Shown here: positions 46,650 to 56,152 of the stretch, piece by piece
How positions within the stretch are numbered: position 1 is the first letter of the stretch
How the letters are laid out: each line of letters begins with the position of its first letter
Source of the DNA: Candidatus Woesearchaeota archaeon
GTDB lineage: Archaea > Nanobdellota > Nanobdellia > Woesearchaeales > SKGA01
NCBI GenBank assembly: GCA_016926395.1
Contig: JAFGOT010000010.1
Location: 1-64,000, forward strand
Length of the DNA stretch: 64,000 nt
Direction: 5' to 3'
Notes under the pieces: generated by a model
Database searches by the model: none
Told to the model about the DNA's origin: nothing
Seen by the model: only the letters and a program-made list of their open reading frames with translations
Made by a program: the position numbers and the translations under genes

Positions 46650-47603
46650 TCAATCCATTTTTTTAAGGATGCTTATTGTTCTTGTCATCGATTTGTGAAC
46701 ATATATTGGAAATTCTTTATACACTTCAAAATTAGTTTCGTCAAGATATGCATCTATGTCTGTGTCTTCATGCGAACCCACTATTATAGTGTCCGTTAAT
46801 GAATCTGCAACTGCAAAAAAATCACAATACAAATTGACAAGTTCAGAACTTATTTTAGAGTTTTTTCCGTATGGCAAATCAGTTATTATACATTCAGTCT
46901 TTTTTGTTAAACGAAGAGCATCATTTACTTCTAAATCCAAATCTAAATCATAAGCTAAAGCGTTCTCTTTTGCTCGCACAACCATTGCTTTATCAATATC
47001 ACTCCCTTTCACTTTCAAACCCATTAAAGCTCCCTCTATAACTATTCCTCCTGCACCACAAAAGGGATCTAAGAATTCTTTTTTAGCACCCATGTTTATC
47101 ATTGCTTTTGCAATCTTCGGGTGTATACTTGTTGGATGATTGTGTTCTTTTAAATGACTTCTTCTATCATGAGGACTGTCTTTATTTTCAAAAACTAGCT
47201 TTGCAAGTCTCACTTCTGTCAGACTCCAGAAAAAGACATATTTATTGTCAGGATTTTTTATATCAACTTTTGGACTTTGTAATTTGTGATATATTTTATC
47301 AGCAAATGCTTTAACATCTTTTGTTATTCCTTCAAAACCAATAACGTCTATTTTGTAAGAGTTTTCAAATTGGCCCGTATTTAATTTTTCTAGAACAGCA
47401 CTCTCATCTCCTGTTTGGAAATAATCAAGAATTTCATATATCTCTCTTGTTAAACCAAGTCGTTTTACTAAAGAAAAATCAATTATATTTTCTGTAAAAA
47501 AATATCCATCCACATAAGGTGTTAATTTAACACTCAAAAGTCGCTCTAATTCTTCACGAGCAATATTTGGATAATCTTTACTTATTAAAACAATATAGCT
47601 CAT
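46650..47603 (-). CDS. trm11: THUMP-domain tRNA (guanine-N2) methyltransferase, Trm11/TrmG10-like
   Basis: HPTSIHPKIAKAMIN, LDPFCGAGG, GSDID, TDLPYG. Confidence 0.85.
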   Translation of the reverse strand: MSYIVLISKDYPNIAREELERLLSVKLTPYVDGYFFTENIIDFSLVKRLGLTREIYEILDYFQTGDESAVLEKLNTGQFENSYKIDVIGFEGITKDVKAFADKIYHKLQSPKVDIKNPDNKYVFFWSLTEVRLAKLVFENKDSPHDRRSHLKEHNHPTSIHPKIAKAMINMGAKKEFLDPFCGAGGIVIEGALMGLKVKGSDIDKAMVVRAKENALAYDLDLDLEVNDALRLTKKTECIITDLPYGKNSKISSELVNLYCDFFAVADSLTDTIIVGSHEDTDIDAYLDETNFEVYKEFPIYVHKSMTRTISILKKMD

Positions 47604-48100
47604 TTTTTCTTCGAGATTTTAGTTTCTGTTGATTCTTTTTTGGAGATGCTTTTGTTAATAAAAATAAGTGCAATTACAAACAACACTATTCCAAGACCCG
47701 CCGCAACTAAAGAGTTAGCTTCGTTAAATCCCCAAACCAATCTTATTATGTTTATTGATACACCAAAGAAAAGACCATAGCTTATTATTGGTGCAATATT
47801 TTTTGCTAATAAAAGAACCACTAAGGTGATTATGCTAAGTATACTAACAATCACAAACACAGTTGTTTTCTCTTTTTGTATTTGAACATTATATTCTTCT
47901 TGACAAGCTAATACTTTATCATTCTGAGCTACTTGTTCCTCTTCTGTTGCATTAACCTTTTGTATGTAAGGATAGCGTTCATAGCAAGTATTTTGCGTTC
48001 CATCAACAAAAGTGTTTGCCACTAGAAATGTTAATGGAGAAAAAACAAGGATTAAAACCAAAATATAACCGATTGATTTTATTATATCAAGAGAGCTCAT
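47600..48100 (-). CDS. Small membrane protein with a Cys pair in an extracellular loop
   Basis: About 4 TM; CYERY...ACQEEY. Confidence 0.75.
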   Translation of the reverse strand: MSSLDIIKSIGYILVLILVFSPLTFLVANTFVDGTQNTCYERYPYIQKVNATEEEQVAQNDKVLACQEEYNVQIQKEKTTVFVIVSILSIITLVVLLLAKNIAPIISYGLFFGVSINIIRLVWGFNEANSLVAAGLGIVLFVIALIFINKSISKKESTETKISKKK

Positions 48101-48220
48101 TTACAGTCACCTCATTAGAAATTAATTTTGCATATAATAAATGTTTTGAAAATAAAGTAAAAATGAAAGCTTAATTGACTCCAAGCTCTCTAAAATAACG
48201 CAATTGAATCTTTGCAAGGT

Positions 48221-48712
48221 TTAGTATTCCCAACCGTTTTCTTCTTCAAATTTTTCCTTTGCAAAGTCTCTAAGCATATTTACAACAAATCCATAAAAAT
48301 TCTTTTGAAATTCGTAGTACTGAGTTATTATATCAATATTTACTATTTCTTCTCGACCATCTATTTGAGTCATTATCGCTACGTGTCGTCTGTATTCTTG
48401 CTCTTTATCATAAGGTGCTCGATGAATTTTTCTTAGTAAGAAATAAAGGTCTATATTATCTTGTACTTCTTGTTGCGGATACATTTTTTTTACAAGATTA
48501 CCTTTTTCTATTGGTGTTTGAGGGTTTTCTTTTAGATTTTTTGTATCTCTTGCATAAGATAATAAAGCAGTAATTAAGTAATCATATGCATCTATCATTC
48601 TTGATAGAGTATTAAGTAGGACATCGGCAGTTCTTGTATATTTTAAACTAACATAAATTAAGTGATCTGCTCGTTTTAACTCTTCTCCTGCATCTTCTAA
48701 GTGTTCAATCAT
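48221..48712 (-). CDS. Helical hypothetical protein (paralogue of upstream gene)
   Basis: HLEDAGEELKRADHLIYVSLKY...LLNTLSRM. Confidence 0.75.
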   Translation of the reverse strand: MIEHLEDAGEELKRADHLIYVSLKYTRTADVLLNTLSRMIDAYDYLITALLSYARDTKNLKENPQTPIEKGNLVKKMYPQQEVQDNIDLYFLLRKIHRAPYDKEQEYRRHVAIMTQIDGREEIVNIDIITQYYEFQKNFYGFVVNMLRDFAKEKFEEENGWEY

Positions 48713-49176
48713 TTTTCCACCAGGCCAAATATTTTTGTTGTTAATTTTTTAGTATTATGAATCTGTTCCCCTACAAGTAAAGGATCAATTTTTTGCATTT
48801 TGTAATCGTCTTCACAAATAATAAATGAGTCTTTTCTACTAAATACCACTGCACTTTCTTTGTGCTGATCGACCAAATCATGCACTGTTTTTATTGTTTT
48901 TATCTCGCCCTCACTTAAAACAATTTGTGATTGTAATAAATCTTCAAAGGAATTTAGTTTTGACATAAAAGAAGTGTCCGCTTTTATTAAGTTTGAAGGG
49001 AGAACTGATTCGAGCAAATTCTCGTGCGATTGTTCTAAATTTGATAATACGCTTAGTAGCATTTTTGGGTCTTTTATCAAGGGATAGGTTACCTCCAATA
49101 AGTGTTCTGCTAGGTGCAGCTGATATACTGCTTTTTGTAAATGAGTTATTGATATTGATAACTTATTCAACATCAT
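48709..49176 (-). CDS. Helical hypothetical protein (paralogue of downstream gene)
   Basis: HLQKAVYQLHLAEHLLEVTYPL...LLSVLSNL. Confidence 0.7.
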   Translation of the reverse strand: MMLNKLSISITHLQKAVYQLHLAEHLLEVTYPLIKDPKMLLSVLSNLEQSHENLLESVLPSNLIKADTSFMSKLNSFEDLLQSQIVLSEGEIKTIKTVHDLVDQHKESAVVFSRKDSFIICEDDYKMQKIDPLLVGEQIHNTKKLTTKIFGLVEK

Positions 49177-49525
49177 CTTCCTCAGCGCTAAGTTTTAATA
49201 TAGCTTCTGCAAGGTCACCGTTTGATTCTTCAATTGCTTGACGTGCATCTTCTCGAGTTACGCCAGTCTGTTCTACTACAGTATCAATATCATCTTCACT
49301 AATATCTACCATCGCGTCTCTTTCAACTATTTGAGCTTCACCCACAACTTGGTAAGTTTCTTGGCCCATCATGTTAACTTTAGAAACGTCAGGATTATTA
49401 ATTATAATATCTCTGTCAGCTAATCTAATAATTACTTGTTCGGCATCAATTTGATCTTGTTGAATGCCCATTTTTTTCATAGCTTGTTTCATCTGTCTAG
49501 AATTCATGTTCATTCCTGGAATCAT
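49163..49525 (-). CDS. nac: Nascent polypeptide-associated complex protein
   Basis: RQMKQAMKKMGI, NPDVSKVNMMGQETYQVVG; UBA tail VVEQTGV...GDLAEAIL. Confidence 0.95.
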   Translation of the reverse strand: MIPGMNMNSRQMKQAMKKMGIQQDQIDAEQVIIRLADRDIIINNPDVSKVNMMGQETYQVVGEAQIVERDAMVDISEDDIDTVVEQTGVTREDARQAIEESNGDLAEAILKLSAEEDDVE

Positions 49526-49547
49526 TTTTGACTACTCCACACTAATT

Positions 49548-49700
49548 TTAAAGATTGTTTAATAGAATCACTACAATTGCGATTAATATTGTAATACCAA
49601 TTATTGCCTGTGGCGATATAAGTATTTTTGACTTGGATTCTTCATAAAAAGAAGTTAGACCTGCCCCGCTTGAAGGCATTCTTATTTTATCATCAGCCAT
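49548..49700 (-). CDS. secG: Preprotein translocase subunit Sec61beta (below ORF-track cutoff)
   Basis: Hand translation MADDKIRMPSSGAGLTSFYEESKSKILISPQAIIGITILIAIVVILLNNL; SD GGTG upstream. Confidence 0.9.
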   Translation of the reverse strand: MADDKIRMPSSGAGLTSFYEESKSKILISPQAIIGITILIAIVVILLNNL

Positions 49701-49826
49701 TTTTTACACCGTAAATTAAAAAGACCCAACAATTAAAGTTATTGCTTGTCTCTATAGGTTTAGTAGAAAAGAAAGCTACTTTATAAACCTTTTCTAGAAA
49801 AGAGCTTAAGAGGTGTTTTTAGGGCT

Positions 49827-50252
49827 TTATTCTTCTAAATAATCGCAATTTCGGTCGCAAGTAGCAAATCCTGTCAGACCATCAACTTTAACAACGGTTT
49901 CAAAAGAAGGATTATCATATTTTGATACTACCACTTGAGCTAACCAGTTACCATCAACAACATTAACATTTACCAATGTTGCTTGCCAACCATTTGCTCT
50001 TAAATGACCATTTACAAAATTTAGCGCTTTTGTCTCTGCATCTTTTTGTAGAATTACTATTTGTTTTTCGAACGTACAAGAGTTATAATTTGTAGTTTGT
50101 CGTCCATCAGGACAGAAATATACTAAATTATCTGAAGTCGCGACCTGTCCTCCTCCAAAACTACCATCTGAGCAAAGGTATATTTCTTGGGTTCCACATG
50201 CAGTTAAAATTAGTGTTAAAGTCACCAATATCAGCAAAATCACTCTTTTCAT
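49827..50252 (-). CDS. Putative lipoprotein with Cys motifs
   Basis: Lipobox-like LILTA/CG; CSDG and CPDG repeats. Confidence 0.65.
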   Translation of the reverse strand: MKRVILLILVTLTLILTACGTQEIYLCSDGSFGGGQVATSDNLVYFCPDGRQTTNYNSCTFEKQIVILQKDAETKALNFVNGHLRANGWQATLVNVNVVDGNWLAQVVVSKYDNPSFETVVKVDGLTGFATCDRNCDYLEE

Positions 50253-50335
50253 ACAATAAACTTAGAACTTATTCTTTTTAAATATGTTGTTTAATTTTCA
50301 AAGCAACGTTTATAAGTTGATTTTAATTCTTAATT

Positions 50336-50783
50336 TTGTAGGGGTTGTATGTCAGTTCAGGACATATGTCTTAGGAAAGTCCGCCCACCAAGTCATAGGA
50401 ATTTCAATCTCTGATTGCTAAAACCAATGACGAGTTGGCTCAATTTACTTGAGAATCATAATATGGTTGGCAACCGTACAGAAAAACACTCCTTTTGGAT
50501 TATTAGTTTTTGGTATTGATAAAGAACATTTATCATAACAGAAACCAATGCACAACACAAAAGTAATTTTGTCGTTGATGTATGGAATGATGAGCGCGAA
50601 GCACTTGGCGACAAGTTGTGAGTTAACCCTCGGACGTCTCCAAAAGTGAAGATGAAAAGTGCGTCCCCAATTGGTGCAAGTCTGTATAGGCGCTTAGTAG
50701 AATCTGGCAATTTGATATCGCACGTGCTTGAAAAGTGGCATTTGTTTGATCATCACAGAAGGCGGCTTATTCAATCTCTACAA
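50336..50783 (+). ncRNA. rnpB: Ribonuclease P RNA (archaeal type, atypical structure)
   Basis: CR-I AGGAAAGTCCGCC (50373-50385) and CR-V ACAGAAGGCGGCTTAT (50755-50770) form P4. P1 TTGTAGGGGTTG/CAATCTCTACAA; P2 GTCAGTTC/GAATCTGGC; ACAGAAA, TGAAA and GGTGCAAG conserved segments. TTTATAAG box at 50309-50316. Ends approximate. Confidence 0.9.
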
Positions 50784-50784
50784 T

Positions 50785-52881
50785 TTATTTTTTAATAACT
50801 TCTAAGTCTTCAGAACCTTTTTTTCTAGATTCTTCAAATTTCGAAAATCCAACCACTAATCCACCAATTAAAGGAATGAACAATAAAGGCAAAAGCGTTC
50901 TCCAGTCAAAATCAGGTTTTACATCATCTGATAAAAGAATGGTGTTCCCTGTTAGACTAACATTTTTCTCAACTCTATAAGAAAGTTCCACAGGTTCGTC
51001 AACGTTTTCTAAATGCCACATTATAACAGGATCGTCTTCCAATATTATAGGTTGTATGCTATAAATTAAATCTTGAGCACTCAAAGCTACTTCTTTTGGA
51101 ATTACTTCAACAACATCTATACTGGTTTGATTTTGAATTGGCTCTACACGTATAACCACTTTTGTTGAGATATCTTCTTGAGTTTTTTCTGATTTTTTTT
51201 CTTCTTGTTCATAAACTACTTTTTTCTGAATACGGACTTTTTCATTTGCTTTCTCTTGCTGTTGGTTTATGTTTGTTTTTAGAACTTTTTCTCTTTGGAG
51301 TATTTTTGTTAAGTCATCTCTTGATTGGTTTGTTAAATTTACACTTGGTGTTTCTATTTTTGATTCTGTTATTTGCGTAAAATTTCGTGGTTCATTTGTT
51401 TCAATTCGTATGATTTTTTCTGGTTGTTTAGCTACTAGCTGTGTTGCTTTTTCAGGAATTTTAACTTTTTCTTTCAAGGTATCACCAAATCGTTCAACAG
51501 AATACTTTGAAAGGTTTGTTTTGTTAGCTAACGTTTTTTCTTGAGTAGGTAATTGTTTTATTAAATATAACGTGCTATTATCGTCAGTTATTTTAACAGG
51601 AGTTGAAATAATTGTAGAATTTTGAGTTGTGTTATTGGTTATGTTTTCAAAAGTTAAATCATCGTTTGTTGTATTAATTGTAGAGTCATCGTCTTGTGTC
51701 TCGTTCGTTATATTAGTAGTTGAATTAATTTCAGTTGGATTTATTGTTGTGTTAACAACGCAAACACCATTACAAATAAAATCTTCTTTACAATAATACA
51801 TTTGATTATCGCAAAATTCTCCAGCACCAACAATCACCGGTTGAGAGTTGGTAAGGCTTAACTCGCAAACACCATTTAAGCATGCTAAGTTATCACCATC
51901 ACATTTATAATTCTGGTTATTACAATATTCTCCAAGACCCACATAAAAAATATTATCAACTAAATTTTTACAAATATAATCAGCGCCACATTCCAAACCA
52001 ATCGCACAAACTTCATATTCTTCGTAACAAGATTCTCCATCGTTTTTTGTTATTAGTATATGTTTACAGATATTATCCCTACAAATATACCCTGATTCAC
52101 AAGGCAGACTTGTTGATGAGCATGCCAAACCTGCAAGAATGTATTTTGTTTTACAAACATTATTCATACACACTTGATTAATAGCACACGAGGGACTGCA
52201 ATAATCTAAAGGATAAACTTTCACTCCAAAAGTATTTATTTTTTCTCCTGAGAGGTACAAATTAAACAAAGTATCCTTTTGTATTGAACAATGAAAAATT
52301 TGCTCTTGAGTAATTTCATCAATATTATTTGTTTCAAAAGAACAAGCAGGATCTAAAGATAGTTCTCGTAACTCATCAGATACTTGTCTTGTTTGAATGT
52401 TAAACTCTTTCCCTATAAAAACATATTCAGGGCTGTTTGTATCAACGGTTGTTTTTAGTGTCGTTTCAACAATTTGAACAGTAAAATGTATTATTTCTCC
52501 ATTTATATTTCGAAGACCTATCTGCGAGTCTTCATTCAGATTTATTGCCCACCTAGCAACCACTCCATCCGCAGAGACGGCCATGGATTCAGGAGAATAT
52601 GTCTTTCCATCTAAAGATGCAAGTTCAAAGTTATTTTTTGCACTTGCTCTTGGAGCAGATAAAGAAACTGTCAAAACATCCCCTTCGTTAAGAACTGTTA
52701 AATAAGTTAGAGTTAATTCGTTTTGACCAATAACCGGATCAATATATTTTACTACACTTTGCGTATAACCTTCAGTCTTTGTCGGGTTAGAATTAACAGT
52801 TATCAGTGCATTGACTAAAAACAATGTAAGTAGAAAAAAAAGTATAAAAAATAAAAATATAAAACTTTTTTTACGATTCAT
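50785..52881 (-). CDS. Surface glycoprotein-like protein: Cys-rich repeats, N/T-rich linker, shared C-terminal module and TM
   Basis: Signal peptide; five G-x-x-C-x5/6-C-x4-C-x3/4-C units; many NxT sequons; EVIPKEVA...ILEDDPVIMWH...LTGNTILL; TM. Confidence 0.75.
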   Translation of the reverse strand: MNRKKSFIFLFFILFFLLTLFLVNALITVNSNPTKTEGYTQSVVKYIDPVIGQNELTLTYLTVLNEGDVLTVSLSAPRASAKNNFELASLDGKTYSPESMAVSADGVVARWAINLNEDSQIGLRNINGEIIHFTVQIVETTLKTTVDTNSPEYVFIGKEFNIQTRQVSDELRELSLDPACSFETNNIDEITQEQIFHCSIQKDTLFNLYLSGEKINTFGVKVYPLDYCSPSCAINQVCMNNVCKTKYILAGLACSSTSLPCESGYICRDNICKHILITKNDGESCYEEYEVCAIGLECGADYICKNLVDNIFYVGLGEYCNNQNYKCDGDNLACLNGVCELSLTNSQPVIVGAGEFCDNQMYYCKEDFICNGVCVVNTTINPTEINSTTNITNETQDDDSTINTTNDDLTFENITNNTTQNSTIISTPVKITDDNSTLYLIKQLPTQEKTLANKTNLSKYSVERFGDTLKEKVKIPEKATQLVAKQPEKIIRIETNEPRNFTQITESKIETPSVNLTNQSRDDLTKILQREKVLKTNINQQQEKANEKVRIQKKVVYEQEEKKSEKTQEDISTKVVIRVEPIQNQTSIDVVEVIPKEVALSAQDLIYSIQPIILEDDPVIMWHLENVDEPVELSYRVEKNVSLTGNTILLSDDVKPDFDWRTLLPLLFIPLIGGLVVGFSKFEESRKKGSEDLEVIKK
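51760..52200 (-). repeat. Five ~26-aa four-Cys (EB/Dickkopf-like) protein repeats
   Basis: AGLACSSTSLPCESGYICRDNIC; DGESCYEEYEVCAIGLECGADYIC; LGEYCNNQNYKCDGDNLACLNGVC; AGEFCDNQMYYCKEDFICNGVC. Bounds approximate. Confidence 0.7.
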
Positions 52882-53861
52882 TTTTTCTTCCTAGTATTAA
52901 TAGTGCCAAAGTAAATTATAATCAAAACAACCAAAGGAATTAAGATTAAAGGCATCAATATTTTTTTTAAATCTGTTTTGTCTTGTTCATTAATTGCACC
53001 AACTAACAAAATGGTATTCCCTGTCAAATCTTCATCTACCAAACCTTCTTTTTCAATTTCATAAGATAATTCATCCGTGTTTGAATCTTCAATGTGCCAC
53101 ATTATTAATGGATCATTTTCAAGAATGGTTGGTTCAACTGAAAAATGAATTAAAGAAGCGTCTTGTGCAACAGATTTATCAATATTTTCTATAATATATA
53201 TTTCGTTGTTCTTGGCATTATCTAACTTGAAAGTGGTTTTAGATTTTGTTATAATTAAATTTCCTTCATAAGTTAATACTTCTTTCTCGGTCTCTTTTGT
53301 TATTTTTGTCGTTTTAGCATTTTCTATCATTAAAGCAAATTCATCCTCAGATATATCAATTCCTTGTTCTGATAATTTTTCTCGTATTTCAAAAGAGTTT
53401 TCTGGTATTTCAATCGTTAAAGGAATTGTTTTTTCAACAACATTTCTATCCAATAAATCTCTTGCTTTTACATTTAAGGAAAAATTATTTTCGTATTCAA
53501 TTTGATTATCTGATTTTATCGCAAAATCAAGATCTAAACTTTGCGTAGCATATATTGGCCATTCAAATATTAAATAAGATTCATTTCCAGGAGCGTCATC
53601 TAAAGCATAAAAGTCTTTGTCAAGCTCAACACCATCCACGCTTAAAGTCAAATCACCATTAAAACCTGTTTTTGGGAAAAACATCGCGCCAGCCACTATA
53701 TTGCTCTTTTCTAATGTGGAATTTGGTATGCTCAAATATAATAAACCTGAATTAACAGATAATAAATCTCCATTTTCTAGGAAAAAATTGTAATCTAACG
53801 TTTGAGCCATAACTGCTGGCGCCAATAGAATAATCATCAATAATACAACTAACCGTCTCAT
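52878..53861 (-). CDS. Surface protein with the same C-terminal module and TM
   Basis: Signal peptide AVMA/Q; ENIDKSVA...ILENDPLIMWH...LTGNTILL; TM followed by RKKK. Confidence 0.75.
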   Translation of the reverse strand: MRRLVVLLMIILLAPAVMAQTLDYNFFLENGDLLSVNSGLLYLSIPNSTLEKSNIVAGAMFFPKTGFNGDLTLSVDGVELDKDFYALDDAPGNESYLIFEWPIYATQSLDLDFAIKSDNQIEYENNFSLNVKARDLLDRNVVEKTIPLTIEIPENSFEIREKLSEQGIDISEDEFALMIENAKTTKITKETEKEVLTYEGNLIITKSKTTFKLDNAKNNEIYIIENIDKSVAQDASLIHFSVEPTILENDPLIMWHIEDSNTDELSYEIEKEGLVDEDLTGNTILLVGAINEQDKTDLKKILMPLILIPLVVLIIIYFGTINTRKKK

Positions 53862-53945
53862 TGTTATCTATTTGACAAAAAACGATTTATATAGTTTTCG
53901 TGTTTGTGAAAGTTTTTAAATGATAATATACAATATAAGGATATT

Positions 53946-55436
53946 ATGCTAAAAAAGAGGTTTGGTGATTGGAAAGTTGGCATTGAAGAAATTATTCTCT
54001 TTTTAATCATCATTCTTAACGTTTTTGATGCAATAGAACACCTTCCAAGCACATTAGATTACATTAAAAAAATAATTTCTTGGGCTGCTTTAGGATTTAT
54101 TTTTTACAGAGCCAAACCTACGAAAATAATTTTTGGCACATATCAAAAAGGAATAGAAGATATCATGTTAATTTCAGGATATTTTCTAATTTTAATTAAA
54201 GATCTTGTTTCGTATGCAATGAGTTCTGTCAATGATGCTTCAAGCTTTCTTGTGCCTTTTTTTAATGCTTTAATTAAGAACCAAAGCAGTATTGAGATTT
54301 TTGGTATTTACGCCGGAATGTTGCTTATTTTGGCCGTTAGTATCAACATGATTCTTAAACACCCTATAAGAGGCCCTAGCGTCATGCACATAATTCATGA
54401 AGACGGTCCTATTCCAAATAACTTCAAAGATTTTTTTCATAGATTATTAACTAGTTTTGCAGTCCTTGTTGCTTTTTATTTGATTGTGTTTAATTTAGTT
54501 ATGGAGTGGCTCGCTATTGCAATTGATGCTCCATTACTTATGATTGCTCTTGGAACATACATTTTTTTTATTATCAAACATCGAGAAAAATTCAATTCTC
54601 GTTCTTTTTTATCCAAATTTGGTGATTTTGGAAGTTCGTTCTATGAGGATGTAATAAAGCATTTTACGTATAAAAAAACAATTTTAAGGGCTTTATTTGC
54701 GATGTTAGTTTTGCATATTGCTACTGAATCACTTCATTTTATTTGGCCTTACGTTTTTGGCGTTGCAGATTCTCTTTATTTTGGCCTTTTAAGTTCTCCT
54801 CATCTTTCAATGTTTCAAGTTTTTGCCTTAGACTCCATTGCAACAGATTTCCTTGGAAATGCACTTTTGTTTGTCACAATAGCTGGCAACATAATAGCCA
54901 TCTTATTCTTGCTTTTAGCTCCTGGCTATTTGTGGTATTTAATTTACAAAAATAAGAAATTTACTCTTAGTAAAATGCAGATAGGTATTTTAATTTCATC
55001 TTTATTAATGTTTATCCTTTCTCCCGCATTTAAGATTCGACCTTTAACTAACGAAGCGCTTATTGGGGTTAATATTTCAGGTCATTCAATTGTTCAAAAC
55101 TCAATTATCGGCATTCCAGCCACTGTTTTAATTGCTTTATCAGTGGGCCTAATTTGTGCACTATTGTCAACAGATATCTCCAAAGAAAAAAAGATTATGA
55201 GGCTAATAACGATTGTTACTCAGATTTTTTTCACAATATACATTGCTTTGTTTACATATTCAATAAGCAATTATTATATTCAATCGATTATTTATTTAAG
55301 TACAATCAAAAAATATGTTCTTTTGATAATATTTGCATTATTTTTTATTATCACAGTCTTATTTTATTTGTTTGGAACGATTGGATTTATCAAAGATACA
55401 TCCGCTCACGCTAAAGAGCATTTGACAGCCAAATAA
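53946..55436 (+). CDS. Multi-pass membrane protein of unknown function
   Basis: 496 aa, about 12-13 hydrophobic helices; no family motif recognised. Confidence 0.75.
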   Translation: MLKKRFGDWKVGIEEIILFLIIILNVFDAIEHLPSTLDYIKKIISWAALGFIFYRAKPTKIIFGTYQKGIEDIMLISGYFLILIKDLVSYAMSSVNDASSFLVPFFNALIKNQSSIEIFGIYAGMLLILAVSINMILKHPIRGPSVMHIIHEDGPIPNNFKDFFHRLLTSFAVLVAFYLIVFNLVMEWLAIAIDAPLLMIALGTYIFFIIKHREKFNSRSFLSKFGDFGSSFYEDVIKHFTYKKTILRALFAMLVLHIATESLHFIWPYVFGVADSLYFGLLSSPHLSMFQVFALDSIATDFLGNALLFVTIAGNIIAILFLLLAPGYLWYLIYKNKKFTLSKMQIGILISSLLMFILSPAFKIRPLTNEALIGVNISGHSIVQNSIIGIPATVLIALSVGLICALLSTDISKEKKIMRLITIVTQIFFTIYIALFTYSISNYYIQSIIYLSTIKKYVLLIIFALFFIITVLFYLFGTIGFIKDTSAHAKEHLTAK

Positions 55437-55474
55437 ATAGTTTTTTTAATAAGTAAGTAGTTTTAATAAACAAA

Positions 55475-56107
55475 ATGAACGACCAAGTTAATATAATTGA
55501 GCTTAACGATGCTAGTTCTCTTGCTAAGATTATTTCCAGTAAAACCGCTCAAGAAATCATAAAATTCATTGGAGATAATGAAAAATGCACCGCTACAGAT
55601 ATTAAAGAAAAATTGAATCTCCCAGCATCCACCGTCCATTACAACCTTAAAGCATTAATTGATAGCAAAATTATTGATGACTCAGAATTCTCCTACAGTT
55701 CTAAAGGAAAACAAGTTATTCATTATTCTTTAACAAATAAAATATTGATTATTGTTCCGCAAAAACAAAATATTTCTGCTCAACTAAAAGCATTCATCCC
55801 CGGTCTTCTTACAGTAGGAGGGATTATTGGATTATCATTAATCATAAAACTTTTCAAAAATGGAAGTAGTAAACTAGTTCTTAGCGAATCAAGCAGCGAT
55901 TTAATGGTTGCAACAATGAATGAAGCAGGATTAGCTAAGGCTGCTCCAATGATGGCTGACATGTCCGTCCAGAGTATTACCACTAATTCTGTTCCGTGGT
56001 ATTTTAGTAGCGAATTTCTAATTGGACTTATTGTTGCTAGTGCTTGTTTAGTTGGAACATACATGTTGTTTAAGTTCATCCAGAAAAAAAGAAGAACTCA
56101 TCAATAA
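55475..56107 (+). CDS. ArsR-like winged-HTH regulator with two C-terminal TM segments
   Basis: TATDIKEKLNLPASTVHYNLKALIDSKII...GKQVIHYSL; two hydrophobic helices. Confidence 0.8.
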   Translation: MNDQVNIIELNDASSLAKIISSKTAQEIIKFIGDNEKCTATDIKEKLNLPASTVHYNLKALIDSKIIDDSEFSYSSKGKQVIHYSLTNKILIIVPQKQNISAQLKAFIPGLLTVGGIIGLSLIIKLFKNGSSKLVLSESSSDLMVATMNEAGLAKAAPMMADMSVQSITTNSVPWYFSSEFLIGLIVASACLVGTYMLFKFIQKKRRTHQ

Positions 56108-56152
56108 GTGGGAACATCAAATTTATAAACCAATTATTCTCCTTTTACATGT

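Noticed and set aside
50456-50710. 84-aa minus-strand ORF from the track
   Set aside because: Lies antisense inside the RNase P RNA; no protein motif.
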